Assembly (NCBI GenBank): GCA_051294375.1
Contig: CM119266.1
Coordinates: 2,907,812 to 2,971,811, forward strand
Direction: 5' to 3'
DNA from: Paraspadella gotoi
Taxonomy: Eukaryota > Animalia > Chaetognatha
DNA: 64,000 bases
Shown: positions 61,428 to 64,000 of the stretch, piece after piece
Layout of the letters: each line of letters begins with the position of its first letter
How positions within the stretch are numbered: the stretch's first letter is position 1
Notes under the pieces: generated by a model
What the model saw: only the letters and a program-made list of their open reading frames with translations
Told to the model about the DNA's origin: nothing
Databases searched by the model: none
Translations under genes and position numbers: made by a program

Positions 61428-62852
61428 CGAAATAACTTGTTCTCAATCGAGTTCATCGCAGTCATTTCTCGCCTTTTGATCGATGGCAGGCAAGCACAAG
61501 CATTGTCGAGACAAGCTTCTGCAATCAAGGTTTTTTTTTTCGATTTCGTCGAGAAAAGAAACATTAGACGGGTGAGAATCGAAGAGATAAAAGGGGAGAA
61601 GTGAGACAGGGGAATTTGGAAAGGAAGGGAGGGAGAGAAAGAGGTAGGAGGGAGAAAGGGTGGGAAGCGAGTAAAGTTTGAGGCTAATATCATGATAGAA
61701 TTCTCCAGAACGTTTACTCGATCTTCCCCATCCAATTCACCTTTACCTTCATCATATCCTCATCTCGTTCTCATCGCTCATTGGTTGAGCGATATGAAGG
61801 GATGTAGATGTGGATGTTGGCTCGGGGGTTGTTGCATGGAGTGGATGTATAAAAGATAAACCCTCTCATGGATCGGTCAGACACGCTCTTTACCACTCAG
61901 AGCTCCCCCACGGTTTTGTCTTACCACATGCTTTCTACTCTTTCTTCATAAATCCTTAAAGGTAATAGAGACAACGTGCTCCACTCAGCCAGTTAAATAT
62001 TCACATTGTAGCTAAGTATCTAGTCACAAACTAAGGAAAAGCGAGAGAAGCGAGATATCGGAATAAAGAGGTAAAAGATTGACAAAAACGAGAAGAAAAA
62101 GGGCGAAATGAAAACCGCGGGAAAAAACAGAGACAAAAATAAAAAATGGCGTTAGGAATACGAAGAGAAGGAGAAAAATGACATAAGAAGAAAAGGAGGA
62201 AGAAAAAACGATTGGGAAGAGGAAGGAGGAAGGAGGAAGGAGAAGAGGAAGGAGAAAAGGGAGAAAGAGAGGAGGGAGGAGGAAAAAAAGAAAAGAAAAA
62301 ACAAAAGGAAAGTGAAAAAAGAAACAAAGTAATTAAAAAAAAGAAAGGAAAAAGACTCGCATCTGTTAAAGAAGGAACAATGTCGTTGATGTTGGGTTTT
62401 TTCTTTGAATTGGGAATCCTTTTTTTAGAGGAGGAAGAGGATGCGGAGGAGGAGGAGGAGGAGGAGGAAAAGAGGAGGAAATAATGAGACGACGGAAAAG
62501 AAAGAGAGGGAAGGTAAGATAACGAAAGTCAGCGGCTGCGAGGACGAAAAAAGGTGGACAAAGGAAAGTAAGGAAAGACGGAGGATAAGAATATAAAACA
62601 AGTGGAGGATGGTTGGGGGTGAGGGGCGGTGTACGAGAAAAGGAAAGGTGAGTTCGGGTGAGAGACGGGGTGTGGGGTCTTAAACCGGAAAAAATGGTCT
62701 GTTTACGTCTCGAGGCGTTTTGTGAATAATTCTCGTTTTCCGTCTTCGCGCAACTAACGGCCTCTCACGCCAAACGGTAGCGTCAAACGGTATCGTAACG
62801 CGTTAACGCCGTAACATCGTTAATTTTGTGCTACTTCTCGATAACGTCCAAG

Positions 62853-62937
62853 ATGGCCGATCGCGGGTGGTCGAGAAAAAAAAGGGTCCGTCGTGTCTCA
62901 TTCCGAGCCAAAGAGGGCGGAATGCCGGCTTGGTTCG

Positions 62938-63032
<95 letters not shown>

Positions 63033-63238
63033 AGGAAGTTGGAATTAAAATCGGTAATTTCATGAAAATTTTCGTTTTCTTGCATCACTCTTAATGATAT
63101 CTTTTCAATTAACTACATTTACTACTTTAATTAATTAATTATGTCATTATTATATAGTTATGTCCATTCTTCCCCAGGATATCAAATTCCGTCAAAAACG
63201 AAAGCCACGACTTCTGCAGAAGAGGATGCCCTCTGGCG
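62853..63238 (+). CDS. Possible first exons of a downstream gene
   Basis: CpG-rich region with CAAGATGGC (YY1-like motif overlapping an ATG) giving MADRG...RKK. Candidate exon 63178-63238 (TCCCCAG...GTGAGA) reads [19 protein letters not shown] in one frame, weakly reminiscent of the LRRFIP N-terminus. Phase is unresolved. Confidence 0.3.
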
Positions 63239-63256
63239 GTGAGAAATATATACTGT

Positions 63257-63339
<83 letters not shown>

Positions 63340-63429
63340 TCTCTCTCCTTTACCGTTATTCATTGAACGTTCCCGGCGCCAAAGTCTCTCTCCGCGACGC
63401 TGTTCCGCGCGTTGGCCGATCGGCGGCCG

Positions 63430-64000
63430 GAAAAAAAGGATTTTCTCCGAATTAATTTCGGGTCATCAATCATTCAATCGGTCCCTCACTCAGACCCTCA
63501 CTCAGACCCTAACTCACTAATCAGTCATTAATTTCGGGTTTTCAATGATTACTTTTCAGTTATCACCCATTAAATTCCATCATTCCTCGGAAATCGTAAT
63601 TTTTAGATGATATTAATAACTATGAGACAATTTTCTCGTCATCACGACGCGAGTCTCACTTGTTTTTCTGAAATGATCACGTGATTTGGAGGATTTTTGA
63701 TAGCTTCATCTGTGAAACGTGAATCTGAAATTGAGGAAAAGTGAAGGAAGTCAGGAAGGAAGAGTTAAGAAAGGAAATTACAGGGACTTCAATCAGAACT
63801 GATACGAAAAATCTTGTAATATAATCGAAACGAAGAGCAATCAGGTTATAAAATATTTTCATACTATAGAAAAATACTTGACTTGTTTTTTCTAACCAAT
63901 TTGTAACATTCTAGTTAGGATAGTTGCTATGTTATAAACATTTTTCTTAGAAGGTAAATTTCTAAAGAAGCAGAATTTTTACTTTGAAAGTGAATCTACA
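63430..64000 (+). repeat. Direct duplicate of about 58965-59520
   Basis: Identical spurious ORF translations at 59200-59385 and 63677-63862; 63340-63428 also resembles 57050-57140. Confidence 0.9.

Overview
Eukaryotic (invertebrate-like, AT-rich, microsatellite-rich) genomic DNA with spliceosomal genes, two N-gaps and some signs of indel-prone assembly. Contents: a tRNA-Thr(CGT); a 6-exon flavin monooxygenase whose motifs resemble bacterial trimethylamine monooxygenase/mFMO (754-6461, +), with introns holding a tRNA-bearing TRIM-like mini LTR element, an LTR-like segment ending in a 39-nt CCA-containing tRNA-Leu copy, and an internally deleted Tc1 element; a transmembrane adenylyl cyclase of at least 26 exons, ADCY2/4/7-like (14165-38896, -), whose introns contain an antisense divergent and lesioned actin gene and two tRNA-Ser(TGA) genes; a divergently oriented ~20-exon gene for a large Ala/Glu/Asp-rich protein with repeated W-x4-L-x2-W motifs (about 40.5-55.3 kb, +); and a terminal region of inverted and direct duplications with minisatellites. 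Most ORFs in the supplied track are spurious low-complexity translations. All family assignments come from manual motif reading; no database search was run.
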